From positions 3,690 through 67,689 of the forward strand of contig JAFZKT010000072.1 of assembly GCA_017553545.1 (NCBI GenBank): DNA of 64,000 nt, read 5' to 3'. Made by a program: the position numbers and the translations under genes. The notes under the pieces were generated by a model. It was not told the origin of the DNA, ran no database searches, and worked only from the letters and a program-made list of their open reading frames with translations. Each line of letters begins with the position of its first letter. The first letter of the stretch is position 1. The DNA is from Bacteroidales bacterium (GTDB taxonomy: Bacteria; Bacteroidota; Bacteroidia; Bacteroidales; UBA932). This document shows positions 1 to 8,587 of this stretch, in pieces.

Positions 1-887
1 ACGCTCAGATAGAGATTAAGCGGGGAGAGAAGGTGGCTTTCATCGGCCGGAACGGGGAGGGTAAAACCACCCTGATGCGCGTGCTGATGAAGGAACTGAC
101 TCCTTTCTCCGGCGAGGCCTGGTATGGCTATAACGTGCGGATGGGCTATTACGCCCAGAACCAGGAGGACATCCTGGACCCCACCCAGACCGTTTTCGAG
201 ACGCTGGACCGCATTGCGGTAGGGGAGATTCGTTCCAAACTGCGGGATTTGCTGGGGGCCTTCCTCTTCAAGGGAGAGGATATCGACAAGAAGGTGTCCG
301 TGCTCAGCGGCGGCGAGAGGGCCCGTCTGGGCATGGCCTGCCTGATGCTCCAGCCCTATAACGTGCTCGCGCTGGACGAACCCACCAACCATATGGACAT
401 CCGGTCCAAGGACGTGCTGAAACAGGCCCTGAAGGCCTTTGACGGCACTTTGATCGTGGTTTCGCACGACCGTGACTTCCTGGACGGACTGGTGGACAAA
501 CTCTACGAGTTCCGGGACGGCCGCGTAACCGAACATCTGGGCGGGGTGGAAGACTTCCTCCGCCGGCGCAGGCTGGCTTCCCTGCAGGAACTGGAGCGAA
601 AAACGGCACCGGCCCCTGTCGAAGCGGTGCCTGTAGCCCCCAAGGCCGATCAGGAAGCCTTCAAAGCCCGCAGCAAAGAGCAGCGGAAACTCAAGAACCG
701 CATCGATTACCTGGAGAAGGAAATCGAGAAGCGGGAAAAGCGGATGGGGGAGATTGAAAAGGTGCTCGCCGCGCCCGCTCCCTCGGACGATATCATGGAA
801 CTTACCCGGGAATACCTGGAACTGAAGCGCGCCCTGGAGGCCGATACAGAAGAATGGACCACTTTAATGGAGAGCTATGATAATTGA
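1..887 (+). CDS. ABC-F family ATP-binding protein, 5'-truncated by window edge
   Basis: Frame open from position 3. Second ABC domain: GRNGEGKTT, LSGGE, LALDEPTNHMD, VSHDR. Coiled-coil C-terminal tail. Confidence 0.9.
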   Translation, partial: AQIEIKRGEKVAFIGRNGEGKTTLMRVLMKELTPFSGEAWYGYNVRMGYYAQNQEDILDPTQTVFETLDRIAVGEIRSKLRDLLGAFLFKGEDIDKKVSVLSGGERARLGMACLMLQPYNVLALDEPTNHMDIRSKDVLKQALKAFDGTLIVVSHDRDFLDGLVDKLYEFRDGRVTEHLGGVEDFLRRRRLASLQELERKTAPAPVEAVPVAPKADQEAFKARSKEQRKLKNRIDYLEKEIEKREKRMGEIEKVLAAPAPSDDIMELTREYLELKRALEADTEEWTTLMESYDN

Positions 888-1848
888 TTCACACGTAGAT
901 ACGCCATCTCAATTAATCCGTTACTCTAGGAATATCGGTGTTGATTCTCCGGATGCACAGGTGGATTTCCCCAAGATGAAGGCCGGGGAAGTGTCCGGCG
1001 CATTCTTCGCATTGTACACGCCGCCGGAGATAAAAGGGGCCGATGCCACCCGCCGCGCCCTGGAAATGCTCTCCGCTGCGTATGACGCCTGCGACGAGAA
1101 TCCCAACGTTGCCGCCATCACCTTTAGCCCCGAAGAGGCGGCAGAAAACCGCGCACAGGGCCTTCTGTCCGTGTTTTTGGGGATGGAGAACGCCGAACCA
1201 ATAGGGGAGTCGCGCTCGCTTTTACGCACGTTTTACCGCCTGGGCGTGAGCTATGTGACGCTCACCCATAATGCTGACAATGCCGTGGCCGACAGTGCCG
1301 CCGAAGGCACCCGCTGGGGCGGCCTGAGCCCGTTCGGCAGGGAAGTGGTGGCGGAAATGAATGCCCTGGGGATGATGATAGACCTCTCTCACGCGTCTGA
1401 TAAAGCCTTCTGGGACTGCATAGAGGCCTCTCAGGCCCCGATTGTGGCCACGCACTCCTGCTGCAGGGCTCTCTGCGGACACAGACGCAACCTCTCGGAC
1501 GATATGCTGAAGGCGTTAGGGGAGAAAGGTGGCTATGTGGGAATCAACTTCTACCCTTATTTCCTGTCGGACCGTTTTGACCAGGCCAAACCCTGGCGTC
1601 CGGGTGTGAAAGAAATCGTGGATCATATAGACCATGCTGTCCAGCTGGCGGGCATCGATCATGTGGGGATAGGCTCGGACTTCGACGGCATCGAAGACCT
1701 CACTCCGGAGGGGCTTGAAAACATCTCGAAAAGCCGTCTTGTCCTGGACGAAATGAGGCGCCGCGGGTACTCCGAACCCGAGGTTTTGAAGGTCGCGGGA
1801 CAGAATTTGCTGGAAGTTTGGAAAACGATTATAACTTGCTCAAAATAA
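877..1848 (+). CDS. Membrane dipeptidase (peptidase M19)
   Basis: DSHVDT, TLTHNADN, IDLSHAS, ATHS and GIGSDFDG motifs of the renal-dipeptidase family. Confidence 0.9.
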   Translation: MIIDSHVDTPSQLIRYSRNIGVDSPDAQVDFPKMKAGEVSGAFFALYTPPEIKGADATRRALEMLSAAYDACDENPNVAAITFSPEEAAENRAQGLLSVFLGMENAEPIGESRSLLRTFYRLGVSYVTLTHNADNAVADSAAEGTRWGGLSPFGREVVAEMNALGMMIDLSHASDKAFWDCIEASQAPIVATHSCCRALCGHRRNLSDDMLKALGEKGGYVGINFYPYFLSDRFDQAKPWRPGVKEIVDHIDHAVQLAGIDHVGIGSDFDGIEDLTPEGLENISKSRLVLDEMRRRGYSEPEVLKVAGQNLLEVWKTIITCSK

Positions 1849-1861
1849 GCGAGTTAAGTTA

Positions 1862-1906
1862 AAATGTAACAATAATGTTGTATGCTATTACAATTATGTT
1901 ACATTT
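1862..1906. terminator. AT-rich inverted repeat between convergent genes (possible terminator or protein-binding site)
   Basis: AAATGTAACA (1862-1871) and TGTTACATTT (1897-1906) form a perfect 10-bp inverted repeat. Confidence 0.35.
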
Positions 1907-1914
1907 GCTGTAAA

Positions 1915-3180
1915 TCAGTTACTTAAGTCCGAAAGCAGCATTTGGCGTAAAAAGTCCAATGCGGTGGCTGAAAAGCGCTCGATATTGCGCTTTCGGTCGT
2001 TCTTGTAGACATACTTTTGGGTGCGGGTTCCGTGGGGTCCGGACGCTGCAATCCATACCGTCCCTTCCGGGTTGATCCCGTCTCCGCCGGGGCCGGCGAG
2101 ACCGGTGGTTGCTACGGCATAGTCACTGCCGGTGAGGCGGCGGACACCCTCCGCCATGGCGGCTGCGACCTCGCTGCTCACCACGCCGAAGCGTTCGATT
2201 GTATCGGCCGGAACACCCAGCACTTTCTCTTTGACCGAGACGGCATAGGAGGTGACCGATCCCAGGAAGTACGCGCTGGAACCGGCGACGGTGGTGAAGA
2301 GATGGGCGATATTGCCGCCCGTGCAGGATTCTGCTGCGGAAACCGTTAGGCCGTGTTCCTTTAAAAGACGCCCTACGGCCGTTTCCAGGTTGGAATCCTC
2401 CTCCGCATAGCAGAGGGGGCCTAAAAGGGCTTCAAGGGCCTGTAATTGGCCTTCAAGACGCTGCTGCGTACCTTCCTCGCCCTCCTTCGGATAGCAGGAA
2501 AGCCGCAGGCGTATGCCCGTAAGGGGATTGGGAAGGTATGCCAGGTGCATATCGGCCGGCAATGCATCCTCCCAGGGGGCGATTCTCTCCGATAATGCGC
2601 TTTCCGCAATGCCGTATACCATTATATTACGGTGGAAGATAGGGGAGAGCGGCTGATGGGCGCGGATGTCATCCAGGATGGCCGGGATAGCACCGCAGGC
2701 CTCGTGGGGAACGCCGGGAAGGCTGTACAGGGTGGATTTCCTCTCTCCCAGGCCCCTGAAAACCATGATGGGGGCCGTTCCCAGGCGGTTTACAATCACT
2801 TCGGCCTTGTCCGGTACCTGCGCCTGCGCGAGGTTGATGGGCAGCACGTCCAGGCCGCGGCTTTTGAGGATGCTGTGCACCATCTCCAGCTGGCCGGGAT
2901 GCTCATAGTAGCCATTGCTGCCGGAGACTTCCTTCAGAACGGCCTTCGTAATGTCGTCCTTGGTGGGGCCGAGGCCGCCCGTAGTGAGCACAATATCGGC
3001 CCTGGAGAGCTCTCCCAGCAGGGTTTCGCGGATTTCTGCGGCATTGTCCCCGATGGAAAGCATCCGCACCACGTGGATGCCCGTTTCCTCGAGCGCGCGC
3101 GCAATATTCTGGGAATTGGTATCCAGCACCTGGCCGATGAGAATTTCATCGCCGATGGTGACGACGGAAGCGTAGATCAT
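1915..3180 (-). CDS. cinA: CinA family competence/damage-inducible protein (NMN deamidase)
   Basis: TIGDEILIGQVLDTNS and TGGLGPTKDD at the N-terminus; AESCTGG and TTGLAGPGG in the PncC domain. Confidence 0.93.
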   Translation of the reverse strand: MIYASVVTIGDEILIGQVLDTNSQNIARALEETGIHVVRMLSIGDNAAEIRETLLGELSRADIVLTTGGLGPTKDDITKAVLKEVSGSNGYYEHPGQLEMVHSILKSRGLDVLPINLAQAQVPDKAEVIVNRLGTAPIMVFRGLGERKSTLYSLPGVPHEACGAIPAILDDIRAHQPLSPIFHRNIMVYGIAESALSERIAPWEDALPADMHLAYLPNPLTGIRLRLSCYPKEGEEGTQQRLEGQLQALEALLGPLCYAEEDSNLETAVGRLLKEHGLTVSAAESCTGGNIAHLFTTVAGSSAYFLGSVTSYAVSVKEKVLGVPADTIERFGVVSSEVAAAMAEGVRRLTGSDYAVATTGLAGPGGDGINPEGTVWIAASGPHGTRTQKYVYKNDRKRNIERFSATALDFLRQMLLSDLSN

Positions 3181-3836
3181 TGAGTTTCAAGCTTTTTCAG
3201 GAGCTTTTTCACTCCAATTGGGCCAATATCGTTGAGCTCCAGCAGAGAAGCGCCTTCCCGGAAGGCCCGCAGGGCTTCTTCCTGGCTGTTGGCGCTGGCT
3301 ATGACGGTGAGCCGTCCTTCTGTAAGAGCGTTGATTCGGGAGACCATACGGGCAGGAGCTGCGACCCCATCCAGGCCCGCCAGGCGGCAGGCGCCCAGCA
3401 GATAATGCAGCTCTTCTTCGGAAATCCCGTGCCGGAGCCTTAGGAAGAAGGGAGTGTAGCGCTCATAGCAAAGGCGCAGGCTAACGAGTTCATCTATAAG
3501 AACTTGCGTGTCTGAAATGTCTGAAGCATCAATCCCTTTGTCGCTGTCCGGATCTACGATAATAAAGCCGGCGAAGTCATAAACGAGCGAAAACGTCCGT
3601 ACGATGTCCGTGTTTACATTCACCGCCAGAACGCAATTCCCCATTTTTTTCTTTTCCAGCCCACGGATCCAGTTCATTACCGACTCTTCCGGAGGGGTGA
3701 GCGTCAAAAAACCGGATTTTGGGGCAGGCCGAAAAAGGGAAAACCCCCGTTTTTTAATGGTATATGGCACTCCGACCGGATTTGTAAAGAACAGTCCGGA
3801 CACTTCTCTTTCCAATTTATGGCTGACATTGCTCAT
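3177..3836 (-). CDS. Degenerate class-2 dihydroorotate dehydrogenase-like protein (probable pseudoenzyme)
   Basis: LEREVSGLFFTNPVG, LVYDF, LDGV, GASLL and GP.GVKK resemble the PyrD scaffold. Catalytic and FMN-binding motifs are absent; only 219 aa. Confidence 0.6.
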   Translation of the reverse strand: MSNVSHKLEREVSGLFFTNPVGVPYTIKKRGFSLFRPAPKSGFLTLTPPEESVMNWIRGLEKKKMGNCVLAVNVNTDIVRTFSLVYDFAGFIIVDPDSDKGIDASDISDTQVLIDELVSLRLCYERYTPFFLRLRHGISEEELHYLLGACRLAGLDGVAAPARMVSRINALTEGRLTVIASANSQEEALRAFREGASLLELNDIGPIGVKKLLKKLETQ

Positions 3837-3871
3837 TTGTGCGCAAAATTCTTACACACAAAGGTAATATT

Positions 3872-4222
3872 TTATTCTTTAGCAATGAAATCCTGGAAGG
3901 AAGAATCTGTGTAGAATACAGTGATTTTTTCAATTCTACGCGCTTCTACGGGGGATTGCAGGGGAGTAAAGAGATTCAGTTGGGCATCTTCTGCACCCTC
4001 CTTTGAATCCTCTCCGCGGTACATTTTTCCGCGCCCTGTCATGAGCCAATCCAGGTTCAAACTGGGGTAGTGCAACAGAAGACTCTCCAGAAAATCATAG
4101 CCGGGGCGGTTGCGACCAGCCAGAATATGAGAGACGCTTCCGCGCGCAACGGAGAGCGTGTCCGCCAGCTGCGCCTGTGTGATGTTTTCGGCCTGCAAAA
4201 ACTGCAAAAGTCTGCGATTCAT
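3872..4222 (-). CDS. XRE-family HTH transcriptional regulator (Bacteroidota type)
   Basis: HTH region QAQLADTLSVARGSVSHILAGRNRP, WLMTGRGKM, C-terminal IEKITVFYTDSSF. Confidence 0.85.
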   Translation of the reverse strand: MNRRLLQFLQAENITQAQLADTLSVARGSVSHILAGRNRPGYDFLESLLLHYPSLNLDWLMTGRGKMYRGEDSKEGAEDAQLNLFTPLQSPVEARRIEKITVFYTDSSFQDFIAKE

Positions 4223-4714
4223 ATATTACAACATTTTCTTCACAAATGTAAACAATTCTTTTGGAAAATCAAAATGAAATCTGTTTACAAAGGTGAACAG
4301 GGCGGGGGAGAAAGGACTGAAATTATATTGAAGTCTTATTTTATTTAAATTAGAATCTTTTACTGATTATCTGTATGTTAACTATTATAAATCACGTTAG
4401 ATACAGGCCATTTTGCTGCCCTTTCAGAAAATGTGCAAAAAATCTTTTATAATAACTTTATATGAATAAAATAAATTTCTGATTTATCGTCAAATAGCTA
4501 TTGTATATTTCTACGAGTAACACTTTTGTTATATTTTTTCCACATTTTGGTGTGGAACATAAGAAGTTTTTCGAAGAGTTTACATCTTTATTGTTTACAA
4601 CCTTCGATTTGCATTCAAATCTGTAAAGTGAATCAGACGTGATACCGCGTTTTTTCGCGAGAAGGAGATATTTCTGATAAATAGTGTTACCTTTGTGTAA
4701 ATTTTTGATTCTCG
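4223..4714. promoter_or_regulatory. AT-rich divergent promoter region (XRE / queA) with repeated TTTACA/TGTAAA boxes
   Basis: Minus-strand -7 box TACATTTG (4243-4250) lies inside the palindrome TTCACAAATGTAAA. Plus-strand -7 box TACCTTTG at 4688-4695. GTTTACA at 4283, 4578 and 4593. Confidence 0.65.
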
Positions 4715-5923
4715 ATGATTCCAGAGATCCGCATAGAGGACTATAATTATGGCCTGGACAGCGCCAGAATTGCGAAATATCCCCTCCCGGAGCGGGATGC
4801 TTCCAAGCTTTTACATTATAAAAAGGGCGTTGTTGACCAGCATATCTTCAGGGATTTGCCGGATTTGCTCCCGGAAAATGCCCTGATGGTGTTCAACGAT
4901 ACCAGGGTTGTTCCTGCACGTCTGCATTTCCAGCGTGCTACGGGTGCCATTATAGAAGTATTCTGCCTGGAGCCCGTGCAGCCGGTGGAGTATAATCTTT
5001 CCTTTGCTGCCACGGAATCCTGCAGCTGGAAGTGCGTGATAGGAAATGCCAAAAAGTGGAAAAACGACGTTCTAAGCCTCTATAACCCGGAAAATAATGG
5101 CGCGGTTGCCGCGCTTGGACTCTCGGCTGAGCTGGAAAGCCGTGATGGTCAGACGGGTGTAGTACGTCTCCGCTGGCAGGACGGAAGTCCCTTCTCCAGG
5201 GTGCTGGAAACGGCCGGATGCGTGCCCATTCCGCCTTATCTGGACAGGGAGTCGGAGGCCATCGACACGGAGCGTTACCAGACGCTGTATGCCCACATAA
5301 GAGGCTCTGTAGCAGCGCCTACGGCCGGTTTGCACTTTACAGAAAAGGTCCTGGAGCGCATCCGGGAGAAGGGGATTCAGACGGAAACCGTTTGCCTGCA
5401 TGTGGGAGCGGGTACCTTCCTGCCCGTGAAGTCGTCCCTGGTATCCGAGCATCCCATGCATCGTGAACCGTTCTCTATATCTAAAGCGTTACTTCAAGAA
5501 CTTGCTAATAAGTCACGTCCGCTCGTGGCCGTTGGTACAACTTCTGTTCGCACATTGGAGTCCCTTTATTACATTGGCGTGAACATTTTGGAAACAGGGG
5601 AGTCCCGGGATGTGGACCAGTGGGCTCCGTACGAACGGGAATACCCCTACAGTACGCAGGAAGCCCTTCAGGCCATTGTGGATTACCTGGACCGCACGGG
5701 CAGGCAGCAGTTGGTGGCGGGAACAAGGATTATTATCGTTCCGGGCTTCAAATGGCGCCTTGTGGACCTTCTGGTTACGAATTTCCACCAACCGGAGAGT
5801 ACCTTGATCCTTCTGGTATCGGCCTTTGTAAACGGGGACTGGCGCACCATCTACGACTATGCGCTGGCCAATGGCTTCCGTTTCCTCAGTTACGGCGACA
5901 GTTCGTTGCTGGAAAGGGCATAG
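4715..5923 (+). CDS. queA: S-adenosylmethionine:tRNA ribosyltransferase-isomerase
   Basis: FNDTRVVPARL, PIPPYL, SVAAPTAGLHF, LHVGAGTF, TNFHQP, FLSYGDS. Confidence 0.95.
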   Translation: MIPEIRIEDYNYGLDSARIAKYPLPERDASKLLHYKKGVVDQHIFRDLPDLLPENALMVFNDTRVVPARLHFQRATGAIIEVFCLEPVQPVEYNLSFAATESCSWKCVIGNAKKWKNDVLSLYNPENNGAVAALGLSAELESRDGQTGVVRLRWQDGSPFSRVLETAGCVPIPPYLDRESEAIDTERYQTLYAHIRGSVAAPTAGLHFTEKVLERIREKGIQTETVCLHVGAGTFLPVKSSLVSEHPMHREPFSISKALLQELANKSRPLVAVGTTSVRTLESLYYIGVNILETGESRDVDQWAPYEREYPYSTQEALQAIVDYLDRTGRQQLVAGTRIIIVPGFKWRLVDLLVTNFHQPESTLILLVSAFVNGDWRTIYDYALANGFRFLSYGDSSLLERA

Positions 5924-5967
5924 TTTTGCACAATTTTTGCTATCTTTGTCTTGCAAAAGACAACGAT

Positions 5968-7116
5968 ATGGTGGATCTTACCGATTTCAGCGACATAGCT
6001 CCTTTCAACGACGAAGAAGCATCGGCCGCACTGGCCAGGGTAGCCAATCATCCCAACGTTCCCTGGGTTTCCAAGTTCCTTTTCCCTAATAAGCCCAACA
6101 CCTTCCTGCACGACGTCCTGTGCAGCATCAAAACCGTGGACCAGTTCCAGAGGGTTGTCATGTCAAAGGCCATCCAGTGGGTGATAGACAATACCATTAC
6201 GGAGTTTACGTACGACGGAATAGAGATTATCAAGGGGCTTAAGACGCCTTATCTGGCCATGTCCAACCACCGGGACATCATTCTGGATCCGGCCCTCACG
6301 CAGATGGTTCTCATCTGGAACAAATTACCGGAAACGCAGATTTGCGTAGGCGATAACTTGCTGAAACAGAAGACAATAGAGCTTCTTATCCGGTCCAACC
6401 GCATGATCAAGGTCATCCGGGGCATATCGGCCCGGGAACTATATCTGTCCTCGCAGGTTTTGAGCGCCTATATTCGCGAAACCATCACATCCGGCACGGC
6501 TTCCGTCTGGATTGCCCAGCGCCAGGGACGCACGAAAGACGGCCTGGATGTCACCGAGCAGGGCCTTCTGAAGATGGTGGATATGAGCGGCGGAGAGGAT
6601 TTCGTGAAGAATTTCATGGAAGTGAACATCCTGCCGCTCAGCATTTCCTACGAATATGAGCCCTGCGACATCATGAAGGCGCGCGAAACCATCATCAAAC
6701 GCAACACGGGCACGTATGTGAAGGGTGAAGACGAAGACTTGCAGAGCATTATGCTGGGTATCAAACAGCCCAAAGGCCATGTCCATCTGCAGATCAATGA
6801 GCCGCTCACGGAGGAAGAGATCCGCGAGGCTTCGCTGTGCGATGCGAAGAATGACCGTTATCAGCTCATTCGTCACGCCGTGGACCGCCGCGTCATTTCC
6901 GGTTATAAACTCTGGAAGACGAATTACATGGCCTACGATATACTGAACCGTTGTGAAAAATACGCAGATCGGTATTCGTCCGAAGATATGGAGGCGTTCC
7001 AAGGTTATCTTGCTCAGCAAATCATGAAAGTGGAATCCACGCTGGACCGCCGTGAAGTGGGCGAAGAACTGCTCAAGATTTATAGCAATCCGGTTGTTTC
7101 CAAGGAAAATCTGTGA
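5968..7116 (+). CDS. PlsC-like glycerolipid acyltransferase
   Basis: HX4D motif SNHRDIILD; WIAQRQGRTKDG; SISYEYEPCD. Start placed at ATG 5968, downstream of -7 box TATCTTTG at 5941. Confidence 0.85.
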   Translation: MVDLTDFSDIAPFNDEEASAALARVANHPNVPWVSKFLFPNKPNTFLHDVLCSIKTVDQFQRVVMSKAIQWVIDNTITEFTYDGIEIIKGLKTPYLAMSNHRDIILDPALTQMVLIWNKLPETQICVGDNLLKQKTIELLIRSNRMIKVIRGISARELYLSSQVLSAYIRETITSGTASVWIAQRQGRTKDGLDVTEQGLLKMVDMSGGEDFVKNFMEVNILPLSISYEYEPCDIMKARETIIKRNTGTYVKGEDEDLQSIMLGIKQPKGHVHLQINEPLTEEEIREASLCDAKNDRYQLIRHAVDRRVISGYKLWKTNYMAYDILNRCEKYADRYSSEDMEAFQGYLAQQIMKVESTLDRREVGEELLKIYSNPVVSKENL

Positions 7117-7144
7117 TTGTTACACAATTTATATTATGTTAACT
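7117..7144 (+). other. dif-like XerC/XerD recombination site
   Basis: TTGTTACACAA-TTTATA-TTATGTTAACT has 11-6-11 architecture. The right arm is 10/11 identical to the E. coli XerD arm TTATGTTAAAT. Intergenic. Confidence 0.75.
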
Positions 7145-7170
7145 TGTAGATATTGACTGTCTCCCCTGTA

Positions 7171-7198
7171 GAGATTCTTCGCTGCGCTCAGAATGACA
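7171..7198 (+). repeat. Single arm of a REP-like palindromic repeat overlapping the rlmD start
   Basis: GAGATTCTTCGCTGCGCTCAGAATGACA (reverse strand reads 'CHSERSEES'), recognised as a widespread dispersed repeat arm; no partner arm nearby. Confidence 0.6.
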
Positions 7199-8587
7199 AG
7201 AAAGAGAATTGATTTGCTGCTGGAGAACGTGACCATCGAAGCGGTGGCTGCGGAAGGAAAAGCGCTGTCCCACGTGGATGGAATGGTGGTTTTCGTGGAT
7301 TTCGCCGTTCCGGGAGACGTCGTGGACATTCAGGTCTACAAGAAGAAAAAGAACTACATGGAAGGCTTCGTCAAACGGATGGTTAAGCCTTCTTCGCATA
7401 GATTGGAGCCTTTCTGCCCGCATTTCGGGGTTTGCGGCGGATGCCGATGGCAACCGCTCCCATATGAGATGCAGCTGGCGGCCAAGCGCCAGCAGGTGGA
7501 AGACCAGCTGGTTCGCATCGGCCATCTGGAAGTGCCGGAAATCCGCCCTACCCTCCCCTCCGAAAAGACGGAATTTTACCGTAACAAGCTGGAATTCAGC
7601 GCTTCCAGTAAACGTTGGCTGCTTAAAGAAGAGCCCCGGGACCTCGTAGAGCCGGGCCTGGGCTTCCACGTGGGCAAGTTTTTCGACAAAGTGCTGGACA
7701 TTAAGGATTGCCACCTGCAGGCGGAGCCTTCAAACGCTATCCGCCTCTATATCAAGGACTTTTGCCTCAAAAACGGGCTGGAATTCTATAATATCCGGGA
7801 AAACCGGGGCTTCTTCCGCAATATGTTCATCCGTACCACGGAAGACGGCCAAGTGATGCTCATCCTGTGCTTTGCCCGGGCCGATGAAGCCCCCCGGAAA
7901 GCCCTTCTGGATGCTTTAATCCGCGATTTCCCGCAGATCACCAGCCTCTATTACGTAATCAACGAAAAGCTGAATGACTCCATCGGGGACCAGTCCCCTA
8001 TCCTGTATCACGGGAAGGATGCCATCTATGAGCGGATGGAGGGACTCAGCTTCAAGATTGGCCCCAAGTCCTTCTACCAGACCAATTCCCGCCAGGCCTA
8101 CCGCCTTTACAGCGTGGCGCGGGAGTTTGCCGCCCTCACCGGCGGTGAAGTTGTCTACGACCTTTATACCGGTACGGGCACCATCGCCCAGTTCGTGAGC
8201 GCCAAAGCGGCAAAAGTGATTGGTATTGAGTATGTTCCGGAGGCTATCGAAGCCGCGAAAGATAACGCAAAACGGAACGGTATCACAGGCTGCGAATTCT
8301 TCGCCGGAGATATGAAAGACGTGCTTACGGAGGACTTTATTAAAGAACATGGCCGTCCGGACGTCATCATCCTGGATCCCCCGCGCGCGGGCATCCATCC
8401 GGACGTGGCGAAGGTCATCCTGGAAGCCGCCCCGCAGCGGATGGTCTATGTGAGCTGCAATCCCGCCTCGCAGGCGCGTGATTTGGCCATCCTGTGCCGG
8501 GATTATGAGATAACAGCCGTGCAGCCTGTGGATATGTTCCCCCACACGATGCATGTGGAAAACGTGGTAGCGTTAAGGAGAAAATGA
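7193..8587 (+). CDS. rlmD: 23S rRNA (uracil1939-C5)-methyltransferase
   Basis: TRAM domain, CPHFGVCGGC Fe-S motif, SFYQTN, DLYTGTGTI, DPPRAG, YVSCNP, DMFPHT. Confidence 0.93.
   Translation: MTRKRIDLLLENVTIEAVAAEGKALSHVDGMVVFVDFAVPGDVVDIQVYKKKKNYMEGFVKRMVKPSSHRLEPFCPHFGVCGGCRWQPLPYEMQLAAKRQQVEDQLVRIGHLEVPEIRPTLPSEKTEFYRNKLEFSASSKRWLLKEEPRDLVEPGLGFHVGKFFDKVLDIKDCHLQAEPSNAIRLYIKDFCLKNGLEFYNIRENRGFFRNMFIRTTEDGQVMLILCFARADEAPRKALLDALIRDFPQITSLYYVINEKLNDSIGDQSPILYHGKDAIYERMEGLSFKIGPKSFYQTNSRQAYRLYSVAREFAALTGGEVVYDLYTGTGTIAQFVSAKAAKVIGIEYVPEAIEAAKDNAKRNGITGCEFFAGDMKDVLTEDFIKEHGRPDVIILDPPRAGIHPDVAKVILEAAPQRMVYVSCNPASQARDLAILCRDYEITAVQPVDMFPHTMHVENVVALRRK

Noticed and set aside
4536-4559. Inverted DnaA-box-like pair TTTTCCACA / TGTGGAACA in AT-rich DNA, suggesting oriC
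   Set aside because: Only two imperfect boxes, no dnaA or gidA nearby, and a good dif match 2.6 kb away points to the terminus instead. GC skew was not computed.
5620-5967. N-terminal extensions in the ORF track (5620, 12130, 16577, 44886, 48386, 55944)
   Set aside because: They overlap neighbouring genes or promoter boxes; family similarity begins at the downstream ATGs used here
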